A stretch of DNA of 56,254 nt from Calditrichota bacterium (GTDB lineage Bacteria > Electryoneota > Electryoneia > Electryoneales > Electryoneaceae), in assembly GCA_018263585.1 (NCBI GenBank), contig JAANWZ010000044.1, forward strand, positions 702 through 56,955, read 5' to 3'. Shown here in pieces: positions 1 through 7,990 of this stretch. Numbering within the stretch: position 1 is the stretch's first letter; every line of letters starts with the position of its first letter. A program made the position numbers and the translations under genes. The notes beneath the pieces are model-generated. The model saw only the letters and a list, made by a program, of their open reading frames with translations. It was not told the DNA's origin and searched no databases.

Positions 1-562
1 CGGACTGTCGATGGCCTCGATCGCGAGCAACAACGGGCTCGCGATCAAGGCGGCCCGTTACCGGCGCGGGGTGCAGGCGGTGCTTTATTACAACCCGGAC
101 GCGCGCGCGGTCACGTTGCAGGCCGGGATGCGCAAGGACGGCTCCCCGCTGCTCAACCTCGAACGTGTCGCGAAACGGCTGCGCGCGGCGGAAATCGTGC
201 GCCGGAAAGGCAACGGCGCGAAGCTGCCGGGCGACCTCGGCCGCGTCGGCATGTTCCAGGGCTGGTTCCTGCACCCGTCGAAACGCCTGATCAACCGCGG
301 TTCGCCGAAGGCGCCGGACGTCGAACCGTCCGCGCTCGAATGGCCGGAGATCATCGAGCTCGTGCGCGGCGACCTCCGCCCCGACGACAGGATGCCCGAC
401 TGGTTCTGCCCGGACGACCGCTGCCTGATGGAGAAGTGCACCTTCTTCCCGCTGATGCTGCTCAACTGCAGGCTGCACCGCGAGCGCAAGCAGACAAATC
501 CGAAACCCGGCACGCTCGGGGACCTGTTCCCCGACGAACTGAGAAAACGACCCGGAAACTAG
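1..562 (+). CDS. Hypothetical protein, 5'-truncated by the window edge
   Basis: Frame is open back to the window start with GC3-rich codons and stop TAG at 560-562. No family recognised. Confidence 0.7.
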   Translation, partial: GLSMASIASNNGLAIKAARYRRGVQAVLYYNPDARAVTLQAGMRKDGSPLLNLERVAKRLRAAEIVRRKGNGAKLPGDLGRVGMFQGWFLHPSKRLINRGSPKAPDVEPSALEWPEIIELVRGDLRPDDRMPDWFCPDDRCLMEKCTFFPLMLLNCRLHRERKQTNPKPGTLGDLFPDELRKRPGN

Positions 563-652
563 GGACAGACCCCTGTTTTGCGTGAAGTCGAGCACAAACA
601 CGCAAGTTTGTTCCGCAAATCACGCAAAATAGGGGTCTGTCCCTAGTTTCCG
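553..652. repeat. Long inverted repeat (33-bp arms, 34-bp loop), REP-doublet-like, core GGGACAGACCCC/GGGGTCTGTCCC
   Basis: 553-585 cggaaactagggacagacccctgttttgcgtga pairs with 620-652 tcacgcaaaataggggtctgtccctagtttccg, with one mismatch. Confidence 0.9.
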
Positions 653-668
653 CGCCGCCCGCCCACCG

Positions 669-698
669 TTGTCCCGCGGGACCGCAGCGGGCTATACT
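669..698 (+). promoter_or_regulatory. Putative sigma70-type promoter
   Basis: TTGTCC-18 nt-TATACT, ending 33 nt upstream of ATG 732. Confidence 0.45.
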
Positions 699-731
699 CT
701 CTCAGCCCGTCTCGCAAGCGCTGGTTCCGCC

Positions 732-1646
732 ATGGCCCTCACACGACCGCGACGACCGCTTTTCCCGCTGATCATCTCCGCCGTCATCCTCCCCGGCGCG
801 CTGGCCGCGCAGATGATCGAGCTGGATCCACTCCCCGAGTTGCGCGGAACGCCGCCGTCGCCAGAGGTCGGACGCGTGATCGCCGTCGACTTCCACCCCG
901 AGGGCGGCGTCGTCCTTCTCGAAAACGCGAACCTGCGCCTGCTCCAGTACGACCGCGCCGGGAGGTTTGTCACCGAGGCCGGCGGATTCGGGTTCGAACA
1001 GGGCGGCCTCCGCGGCGCGAAGGACATCACCGCCGCCGGGTTCGAGATCTGGATCGCCGACCCGTTCGCCGGGTTCATCGCGCGCTATGACGCGTGGCTC
1101 GCGCCGCTCGACCCGTGGACCGGGGCGAGACAACGCGGCTCGGAAGTTCCGTTCGAACGTCCTGTGTCGGTGGCGCGCGCGGGCAGCGGTGACGTCGTCG
1201 TGCTCGAATCCGACCGCGCGGAGGCGCTCCTGATCGACCCGCAGGGCCGGCTCGTCGAACGGATCGGCGCGTTCGGCGAACTGCCCGAGGGGTTTATCGA
1301 ACCGCGCCGGGTCGAGATCTCCCGCTCCGGGACAATCGCGGTCGCCGACCCCGGACGCGGCGCGGTGCACCTGTTCGACCGGTTCGGGTCCCCGCGCGGG
1401 CACAGGCCGTGGACCGGCGGCGGCGAAGGCCCGACCTCCATCGCGTGGATGGGCGATTCGCTCTGGGTCGGCGGAGCCGGGCGGGTCGTGCTCCTGGACG
1501 AACGCGGGCGGACGGTGCTTTCGCTCGCGCGCGACAGCGCCGGCGGGCCTGTCCGCGATCTCGCGTGCGACGGCTCCCGGCTCGCGGTCGCCGCCGGATC
1601 GACCGTGCGCCGGTTCCGCATCGTCCGCCTCCCCGGCCAGGAGTGA
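732..1646 (+). CDS. Secreted NHL-repeat / beta-propeller protein
   Basis: N-terminal signal peptide and NHL-like repeats (FERPVSVA..SGDVVVLES; FIEPRRVEI..SGTIAVADPG..VHLFD). Confidence 0.75.
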   Translation: MALTRPRRPLFPLIISAVILPGALAAQMIELDPLPELRGTPPSPEVGRVIAVDFHPEGGVVLLENANLRLLQYDRAGRFVTEAGGFGFEQGGLRGAKDITAAGFEIWIADPFAGFIARYDAWLAPLDPWTGARQRGSEVPFERPVSVARAGSGDVVVLESDRAEALLIDPQGRLVERIGAFGELPEGFIEPRRVEISRSGTIAVADPGRGAVHLFDRFGSPRGHRPWTGGGEGPTSIAWMGDSLWVGGAGRVVLLDERGRTVLSLARDSAGGPVRDLACDGSRLAVAAGSTVRRFRIVRLPGQE

Positions 1647-4600
1647 CCGTGGCCGGACGCGGGGAGAGGAGACAGGCCGTGCTGCGCGGACAACGGGCCG
1701 GTGCGATCGCCGGACTGTCGCTCGCGATGATGCTCATTCCGTTCTCGCACGCGGCTGAAGGAGGTCCGGCTCCGATTCCGGGCTGGAGCGAAAACACGAC
1801 CCTCAGCTTACCCGGACCTTCTTCACTTCACCCGGCAAACGAACGCCGGGCTGCGTTCAGAATGACGCGGAATGGCGCCCTTTTCGACGAGAAACCGCCC
1901 GCCGCCGGCAGCGAGCCGCCGGCAGCCGAACCCGGCGTGTTTTCCGGCACTGTGCCGGTTGACAGCACCGGCCGCGCGCGGCTGCCGCACCGGGCGATCG
2001 ACCCGGCGACGTTCGTCGCGGTCAACTCCGCCGGCGACACGCTGTCCGCGGGCGACTACACGCTCGACGCGACCCGGGGCGTACTGCATCTGCCGGCCGG
2101 GCCGGACACGCTGCACGTGCGCTACCGGTATCTGCCCGGCGCGGAGCCGGACACGGTGCAGTTTCAGCGTCCGCTCCCGATCGCGGTCGTCGATTCGCTG
2201 CTCGCCGGCCGTGATGTTGTCTCGCTGCCGGAGCGCGAGCCGTTCGAACCGCCCGCCCGCGGGTTCGCGTCGAGCCTGCGCCGGAGCGGGCACATCACCC
2301 GCGGAGTGCGCGTCGGCACCGGCCGCGATGTCAGCCTCGAATCCGGCCTCCGTCTTTCGCTCGAGGGTCGGCTCGCGCATGACGTCGAGGTGAACGCACT
2401 GCTCGACGACCGCAACCTGCCGGTCGCGCCGGAGGGGACGAGCCGCCGTCTCGACGAGATCGACCAGGTGTACGTCGAGATCCGCACCGGCCGCGGCGAG
2501 GGCCGGTTCGGCGATTACCGGCTGCAGACCGGCGCGGGCCGATACGGCACGTTCGACCGCCGGCTCGAGGGCGGGCGCGTCTCCTGGGACGGGCCGGACC
2601 TACAGGGTACAGCCGCCGGCGCGGTCACGCGCGCCGTGTTTCACACGAACCGGTTCCGCGGCGCCGATGGCGTGCAGGGCCCGTACCGGCTCACCGGCCG
2701 TGACGGCGAGCGCGACTTCCTCGTGATCGGCGGCAGCGAGAAGGTGTGGGTGGACGGCGTGCTCCGCCAGCGCGGGGCGGCCGCCGACTACACGATCGAC
2801 TACTCTCGCGGCGAGATCACGTTCACCCCGTCGTTTCCGATCAGCTCCGAGTCGCGCATCGAGGTCGATTTCGAATACTCGCCGGAGGCGTATCCGCGCA
2901 ACCTGTACGCGGGCGAGGCGTCGTGGCGGCACCCGTCCGACCGGTTCCGCGCGTCCGTCGTCGTCACGCAGGAGGGGGATGACCCGGACCGGCCGTTCGG
3001 GTTCGAGATGACGCCTGCGATCGAGAATGAGCTCGCGAACGCGGGCGACCGCGAAGGCCGCGTGCTCGTCTCCGGAGCGGAGCAGGTCGAGCCCGACGAA
3101 GCCGACTACACGCGCGCGGACACGACGTGGGTGGACGGCGAAACCTACGAGATCTTCGTATTCGTCGAGCCGGACGAGCACGGCGGCCCGCGCGGCGACT
3201 GGCGCGTGCCGTTCAGCGAGCTCGGCGCCGGCGAGGGCGACTACACGCGCGAATACGACCCGCTGTTCGGCCTCTATCGCTACGAATGGGTCGGCCCCGG
3301 GCAGGGCGCGTACGTCGCGAAGCGGACGCTTCCGCTGCCGGAGCGCCGCCGTCACGCAGCAGTCTCGTTCGTCGCCGGCGAACACGACAACGTCACCCTG
3401 CACGCCGACCTCGGAGTCTCCGAGGTGGACGCGAACGTGCTCTCCGCACGTGGCGACCGCGACAACCTCGGCGTCGCGCAGCAGTACCGGCTCGAGATCA
3501 CACCGTTCGGCGAAACCGACTCCCGCGCGCCGTTGCGGCTGTCCGGATCCTATCGCAACGAGCCCGGCCGCTACCGGCCCGCGACGCGCACGAAGCAGGT
3601 CGAGTTCGACCGCCGCTGGGGGCTCGATACCGCCTACGCCGCGTTCGACGAGCAGGAGGCCGAACTTCGTCTCGACGCGCGGCCGCTATCCGGGCTCAAC
3701 GTTGCAGGAGGCGGCGGATACCTCGAACGAGGAGACAGACGCAACCTGCGCTACGACGCGGGCGCGTCGTACACAGGTGATCGGTTCGCCGCCGATGCGT
3801 TCGCCGAACACGTCCGCAACCGTGACGGCGCGTCCGCTGCGGAGAGCGACTGGACACGCGCGCGAGCGCAGGCGTCGGGGCGGATCGCCGGCCTGTTCGC
3901 CCCCGGAATCGATGGCGAGTGGGAACTGCGCGACGCGATCTCCGGCGACAGTTCGTTCACCGGCCACCGCTACCAGCGCGCCCGCGCGAAGCTCGGCCTG
4001 GTCCGCTGGCGCGCGCACTCCGGAGAGCTCTACTACGAGCGCCGCCGCCGTGACACGCAAACCGCGTCCGCCCGCTACGACGAGCTCTACCGCCAGCAGG
4101 GATACGGTCTGCGCTGGGATGTGCGCCCGGCGGCCGCCGCGTGGCGGACACGCGTCGAATTGAGCCATTCCGACAAGCGGTTCTCGCTCGCCGACAGCGC
4201 CGATCTGACCACCGACCTCGCGTCGATCTCCGCCGGCTACGCCCCGCTCGCCGGCGCGTTCACCGCGGAGGGAAACTACCAGCTCAGCCGCACGATCACA
4301 CGCCCGAGCGCGCTGATCGCGTACACCGTGCCCGCGGGCGAGGGCGACTACATCCGCGTGGACGGTGAATACGTGTATGATCCCGAGATCGGCGACATCA
4401 TCCTCCGCCCGGAACCGACCGGGGACGCGCTCCCGACCACCGACCTCTCCGCCGCGCTCAACCTCGACTGGTCGCCACACCGACTCCCCGGCGGACGCGG
4501 GCGCCGGGAAGGCTTCGGCTGGGAGGACGTTTCGCTGGTCACGCAGCTCGAGGCGCACGAGGTGACACGCTGGCCGAACCCGTCCGACATCTACCTGCTC

Positions 4601-5269
4601 GACCTCGCCTCGTTTCAAACCGACTCGACTGTGGAGGGAGAGCTCAGCCTCGTCCAGGACATCTACCTGTTCCGTTCGTCGCGCAACGGCAACCTGCGCC
4701 TGCGCTACCTCGCGGAGAAGCGGCTGAGCAACCTGTACCTGACCGGCGCGGAACGGTACGGGCGTGACGTGTGGAACCTGCGCGCGCGCACCCCGCTCGG
4801 GCCCGACAACGATCTTGAGCTCGAAACCGAATACGAGCGGCTCGTGAAACGCCTCTCACGGCAGGGGCGGACGGAGTGGTTCCGGATGCTGCGCGCGCGC
4901 GGGGAGGTCGGCTGGAACGCGACGCGCGCGTGGCGGTTCACGTTCGAGCTCGGCGGGCTGCTCGACCATGACATCCGCGCCGGGGAAAACGTGACCGGGC
5001 TGTCGCTGGCGCCTGGGGTGATCTTCGCCGCGCGTGACCGCGGGCGCGTGAGCGCGGATTTCGAGGCGCTCTGGGTCGAGACGAACCTCGCGCGCGTCCC
5101 GTTCGAGCTCGCGAACGGCCGCCCGAAAGGCCGCAACGGGCGGGGCAACCTGCGCGCGGAGTACCGGATCGGCGAACACCTCACCGCGCGCGCGACGTGG
5201 TCCGTCCGCCTCGACGAGGGCCGGGAACCGATCCACGTCGCCCGCGTCGAAATGAGCGCGTTCTTCTGA
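1643..5269 (+). CDS. Very large putative outer-membrane beta-barrel protein
   Basis: GTG start overlaps the upstream TGA (GTGA). Signal-peptide-like segment, alternating beta-strand pattern, motifs SGHITRGVRVG and DYTIDYSRGEITF, C-terminal Phe (SAFF). Confidence 0.8.
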   Translation: MTVAGRGERRQAVLRGQRAGAIAGLSLAMMLIPFSHAAEGGPAPIPGWSENTTLSLPGPSSLHPANERRAAFRMTRNGALFDEKPPAAGSEPPAAEPGVFSGTVPVDSTGRARLPHRAIDPATFVAVNSAGDTLSAGDYTLDATRGVLHLPAGPDTLHVRYRYLPGAEPDTVQFQRPLPIAVVDSLLAGRDVVSLPEREPFEPPARGFASSLRRSGHITRGVRVGTGRDVSLESGLRLSLEGRLAHDVEVNALLDDRNLPVAPEGTSRRLDEIDQVYVEIRTGRGEGRFGDYRLQTGAGRYGTFDRRLEGGRVSWDGPDLQGTAAGAVTRAVFHTNRFRGADGVQGPYRLTGRDGERDFLVIGGSEKVWVDGVLRQRGAAADYTIDYSRGEITFTPSFPISSESRIEVDFEYSPEAYPRNLYAGEASWRHPSDRFRASVVVTQEGDDPDRPFGFEMTPAIENELANAGDREGRVLVSGAEQVEPDEADYTRADTTWVDGETYEIFVFVEPDEHGGPRGDWRVPFSELGAGEGDYTREYDPLFGLYRYEWVGPGQGAYVAKRTLPLPERRRHAAVSFVAGEHDNVTLHADLGVSEVDANVLSARGDRDNLGVAQQYRLEITPFGETDSRAPLRLSGSYRNEPGRYRPATRTKQVEFDRRWGLDTAYAAFDEQEAELRLDARPLSGLNVAGGGGYLERGDRRNLRYDAGASYTGDRFAADAFAEHVRNRDGASAAESDWTRARAQASGRIAGLFAPGIDGEWELRDAISGDSSFTGHRYQRARAKLGLVRWRAHSGELYYERRRRDTQTASARYDELYRQQGYGLRWDVRPAAAAWRTRVELSHSDKRFSLADSADLTTDLASISAGYAPLAGAFTAEGNYQLSRTITRPSALIAYTVPAGEGDYIRVDGEYVYDPEIGDIILRPEPTGDALPTTDLSAALNLDWSPHRLPGGRGRREGFGWEDVSLVTQLEAHEVTRWPNPSDIYLLDLASFQTDSTVEGELSLVQDIYLFRSSRNGNLRLRYLAEKRLSNLYLTGAERYGRDVWNLRARTPLGPDNDLELETEYERLVKRLSRQGRTEWFRMLRARGEVGWNATRAWRFTFELGGLLDHDIRAGENVTGLSLAPGVIFAARDRGRVSADFEALWVETNLARVPFELANGRPKGRNGRGNLRAEYRIGEHLTARATWSVRLDEGREPIHVARVEMSAFF
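1746..1868 (+). repeat. Family-A palindromic repeat lying in frame within the CDS
   Basis: Aligns along its length with intergenic copy ~33119-33238 (gcggNtgaaggaggtccg...aaacacNacc...ttaccNggaccttcttcacttc...cgttcagaatgac). Confidence 0.85.
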
Positions 5270-5343
5270 GTAACCGCAGCGTGCGCTTTCGAGTGGAAGA
5301 GCGGGGAGAGACCCGCCCTTCGCGTCAGTCGGCGCGCCTCGCA

Positions 5344-5675
5344 GTGTCATCCTGAACCCGCAGCGCCGGTCTGTTTCAGCGCGCCCCGCAGTGTCATCCT
5401 GAACCGCGCCGCCGTTTGTTCTTGTTGAAGCGGCGCGAGTGAAGGATCTACCGGCAAGAACGTCCCGGAGGTGGTATTGATATGACCGTTGGGCGGAGTA
5501 TCCGGTAGATCCTTCACCCTTCGCGCCAAACAGACGCCGCTTCGGGTTCAGGATGACACAATCCGCCTTTTTTGGTCGAGATCCTCCACCCTTCGCGCCG
5601 AAACGGACCGGCGCTTCGGGTTCCGGATGACACAGGTGGGGCGCCAAACTGATCGCGCTTCGGGTTCATGATGAC
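5344..5675. repeat. Array of family-A repeat arms (GTCATCCTGAAC-hairpin-GTGAAGGATCT and reverse complement)
   Basis: Two left arms gtgtcatcctgaac and three right arms cttcgggttc(a/c)(g/t)gatgac, with central inverted repeat gaaggatctaccgg/ccggtagatccttc. Confidence 0.85.
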
Positions 5676-5706
5676 GCGGACGGCGCGCTGCTCTTCTGTG
5701 TTGCCC

Positions 5707-5775
5707 GTGCGGGCTTGCCCGCGCAGCTGAACCGACTCTGAGTGGAGCCCGGCCTGCAAGCAGGCGCGGGGCATA
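5707..5775. repeat. REP-like hairpins (GTGCGGGCTTGCCCGCG and family G GCCCGGCCTGC-NN-GCAGGCRCGGGGCATA)
   Basis: Family G recurs at ~30421, ~36781 (reverse) and ~50559. The GCTTGC hairpin recurs at ~14267, ~19236 and ~21586. Confidence 0.75.
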
Positions 5776-6024
5776 GGAAGCTTGTCCCACCGTGCGCGGA
5801 ATACGGTCTCAAGCCGCAAGCCTCAGGTTCGCCCCCACACGGAACATGGCGGGCGCCCCGTTCCACTCCCACCGATCACGTCTCTCACCCGCTTTTGCTC
5901 GCGCGCGCGGGCCGTTATCTTTGTTCCACGATTCACATGATGGCGAAGACCCCGCCCGTCGCAGCCGCGATTTCACCGGCTGCAACCCTGGTTCCGGCGG
6001 AACGATCACCCGGGAGGGCTGCCT

Positions 6025-7080
6025 GTGAGCAGGCGGATTCTCGTGCTCAATCCGGGCACGACATCGACGAAAGTCGCGGTGTTCGAGGAGACGCGCGAGC
6101 TGTGGCGCGACACGATCGAGCACGACAGCGCGACGCTGCACGGGTTCGATTCAGTCGCCGTTCAGCTCGACTACCGTCACCGGCTGATCCAGGCGGCGAT
6201 CCCGGCCGATCGGCGCGAGTGGACGGCCGTGGTCGGACGCGGCGGCCTGCTCCGCCCGGTCGAGGGCGGCACGTATGCGGTCAACGAGACGATGCTCACC
6301 GATGTGATCGAGGCCCGGCACGGCGAGCACGCGTCCAACCTCGGCCCGTTGCTCGCCGACCGGTTCGCGCGCGAGGTCGGCGTCGAGGCGTACGTCGTCG
6401 ATCCGGTGACCACGGACGAGTTCGGCCCGCTCCCGCGGATCAGCGGCGTGCCCGGCATCGAACGCAAGTGCCGCGCGCACGCGCTCAACATCAAGGCCGT
6501 CGCCCGGCGGGTGGCGGCGGAACTCGCGATTCCGTTCGCACGGTCGCGGTTTGTCGTCGCCCACCTCGGCGGCGGGGTCTCGATCGCCGCGCTCGCGGGC
6601 GGGCGGATCGAGGACGTCAACGACGCCCTGCTCGGGATGGGCCCGTTCAGCCCGGAACGCGCCGGCGCGCTCCCGCTCCGGGGAGTGCTCGATCTTGTCC
6701 GCGACAAAGGACTCGACGAGACGAAGGCTATCTTCAGCAGGCGGAGCGGGTTCGCCGGCTACTTCGGCACCGCCGACCTGCGCGAGGTCGAGGCGATGAT
6801 CGACGCCGGCAACGAGCTCGCCGCGCTCGTGTTCGAGGCGATGCTCTATCAGGTCGCGAAGGAGATCGGCGCGTGCGCGGCCGTGCTCGCGGGCGACCTG
6901 CACGGCGTGATCCTCACCGGCGGGCTCGCTCATTCGCAGCGGCTGTGCGAGCATCTCAGGCCGCGAATCGACTGGCTGCCCGGCGGCGTCCACACCCACC
7001 CCGGCGAACAGGAAATGCGCGCGCTCGCGGAAGGCGCGCTCCGTGTGCTCGAGGGCGAGGAGACTGCAAAGAGCTATTGA
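6025..7080 (+). CDS. buk: Butyrate kinase (acetokinase family)
   Basis: Motifs ILVLNPGTTSTK, GRGGLL, HASNLG, HALNIKAV, HLGGGVS, GPFSPERAG, ILTGG, PGEQEM. Confidence 0.95.
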   Translation: MSRRILVLNPGTTSTKVAVFEETRELWRDTIEHDSATLHGFDSVAVQLDYRHRLIQAAIPADRREWTAVVGRGGLLRPVEGGTYAVNETMLTDVIEARHGEHASNLGPLLADRFAREVGVEAYVVDPVTTDEFGPLPRISGVPGIERKCRAHALNIKAVARRVAAELAIPFARSRFVVAHLGGGVSIAALAGGRIEDVNDALLGMGPFSPERAGALPLRGVLDLVRDKGLDETKAIFSRRSGFAGYFGTADLREVEAMIDAGNELAALVFEAMLYQVAKEIGACAAVLAGDLHGVILTGGLAHSQRLCEHLRPRIDWLPGGVHTHPGEQEMRALAEGALRVLEGEETAKSY

Positions 7081-7105
7081 ATTGCCGGTCGGTAGAAGGA
7101 GATTC

Positions 7106-7256
7106 ACGCAAACCTGATTCTCGTACGTACCACGTAGGGGTGTGAGGTGAATAGCGTGCGGCTTCAGCCGCACGGGAAGGGAAATAGACGCAAACCCGAT
7201 TATCGCGGCACCCCGTAGGGGTGTGAGGTGAATAGCGTGCGGCTTCAGCCGCACGG
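7106..7256 (+). repeat. Two REP units left of the transposase
   Basis: Two copies of cgtaggggtgtgaggtgaatagcgtgcggcttcagccgcacgg, each with a GTAG motif and the perfect hairpin CGTGCGGCT-TC-AGCCGCACG. Confidence 0.9.
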
Positions 7257-7322
7257 ACCAGATCCAGCACAGCTTTGCGCGTCCTGTAGGGACGCCGCAT
7301 CCTCGAAACCCGAGAGGCGTCA

Positions 7323-7769
7323 ATGAAATCGTATAGGCAAACACTGGTTCACATCGTGTTCGCGACACGTCACCGTCAACCGGTTTTATCGAAAGAAAAC
7401 CGCGAACGGCTGTACCGTTATATCTGGGGCATTTGCAGACAGAAAGAATGCCGTCTCCACCGCATTGGCGGATACGACGAACACGTCCACATTCTTATCA
7501 GTCTTCATCCTTCAATATCTCTCGCTAACTTCGTGCAATTGATCAAGGGGCGTTCCTCGCATTGGATAACCGACGAATCCGTATTTCCCGGGTTTGTTCG
7601 GTGGCAGCGAGGTTACTCCGCGTTCAATGTGTGTTATAAAGAGCGTTCCAGGGTAGTCGAATATATTAAGAACCAGGAAGAGCATCATCATTCTGTCTCG
7701 TTTTTGGAAGAATACAGGGATCTGTTGGAGGACGCGGGCTTTGAGATGGACGAACGTTACCTTCCGTAG
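7323..7769 (+). mobile_element. tnpA: IS200/IS605-superfamily Y1 HUH transposase, REP-associated (RAYT-like)
   Basis: HIVFATRHR, HUH motif EHVHIL, KGRSS, WQRGY, catalytic-Tyr helix YIKNQEEHH. No tnpB. Visibly more AT-rich than its flanks and bracketed by REPs. Confidence 0.92.
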
Positions 7770-7773
7770 CGCC

Positions 7774-7961
7774 GCCCCTACAGGGCGGGGGATCGATGGT
7801 TATTCCGATTCGTGTGGCTGAAGCCACACGCTATCTATCTAAAGCCCGTACGGGGCTGGCGAAGATATACGCAAACCTGATTCTCGTACCCGCCCCGTAG
7901 TGGTGTGCGGTTAATCGCGTGTGGCTTCAGCCGCACGGGAAGGGAAATAGACGCAAACCCG
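7774..7961. repeat. REP units right of the transposase (one inverted, one direct)
   Basis: Inverted unit cgtgtggctgaagccacacgctat...gcccgtacggggc. Segment 7869-7961 is a direct repeat of 7106-7198 (9 mismatches in 93 nt by hand count). Confidence 0.9.
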
Positions 7962-7990
7962 TTATTGTACTTCGCGGAAGGAAAATGTGA

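Noticed and set aside
5344-5675. Possible CRISPR array
   Set aside because: Units are in both orientations, degenerate and unevenly spaced. They belong to a dispersed palindromic family, and no cas genes are present.
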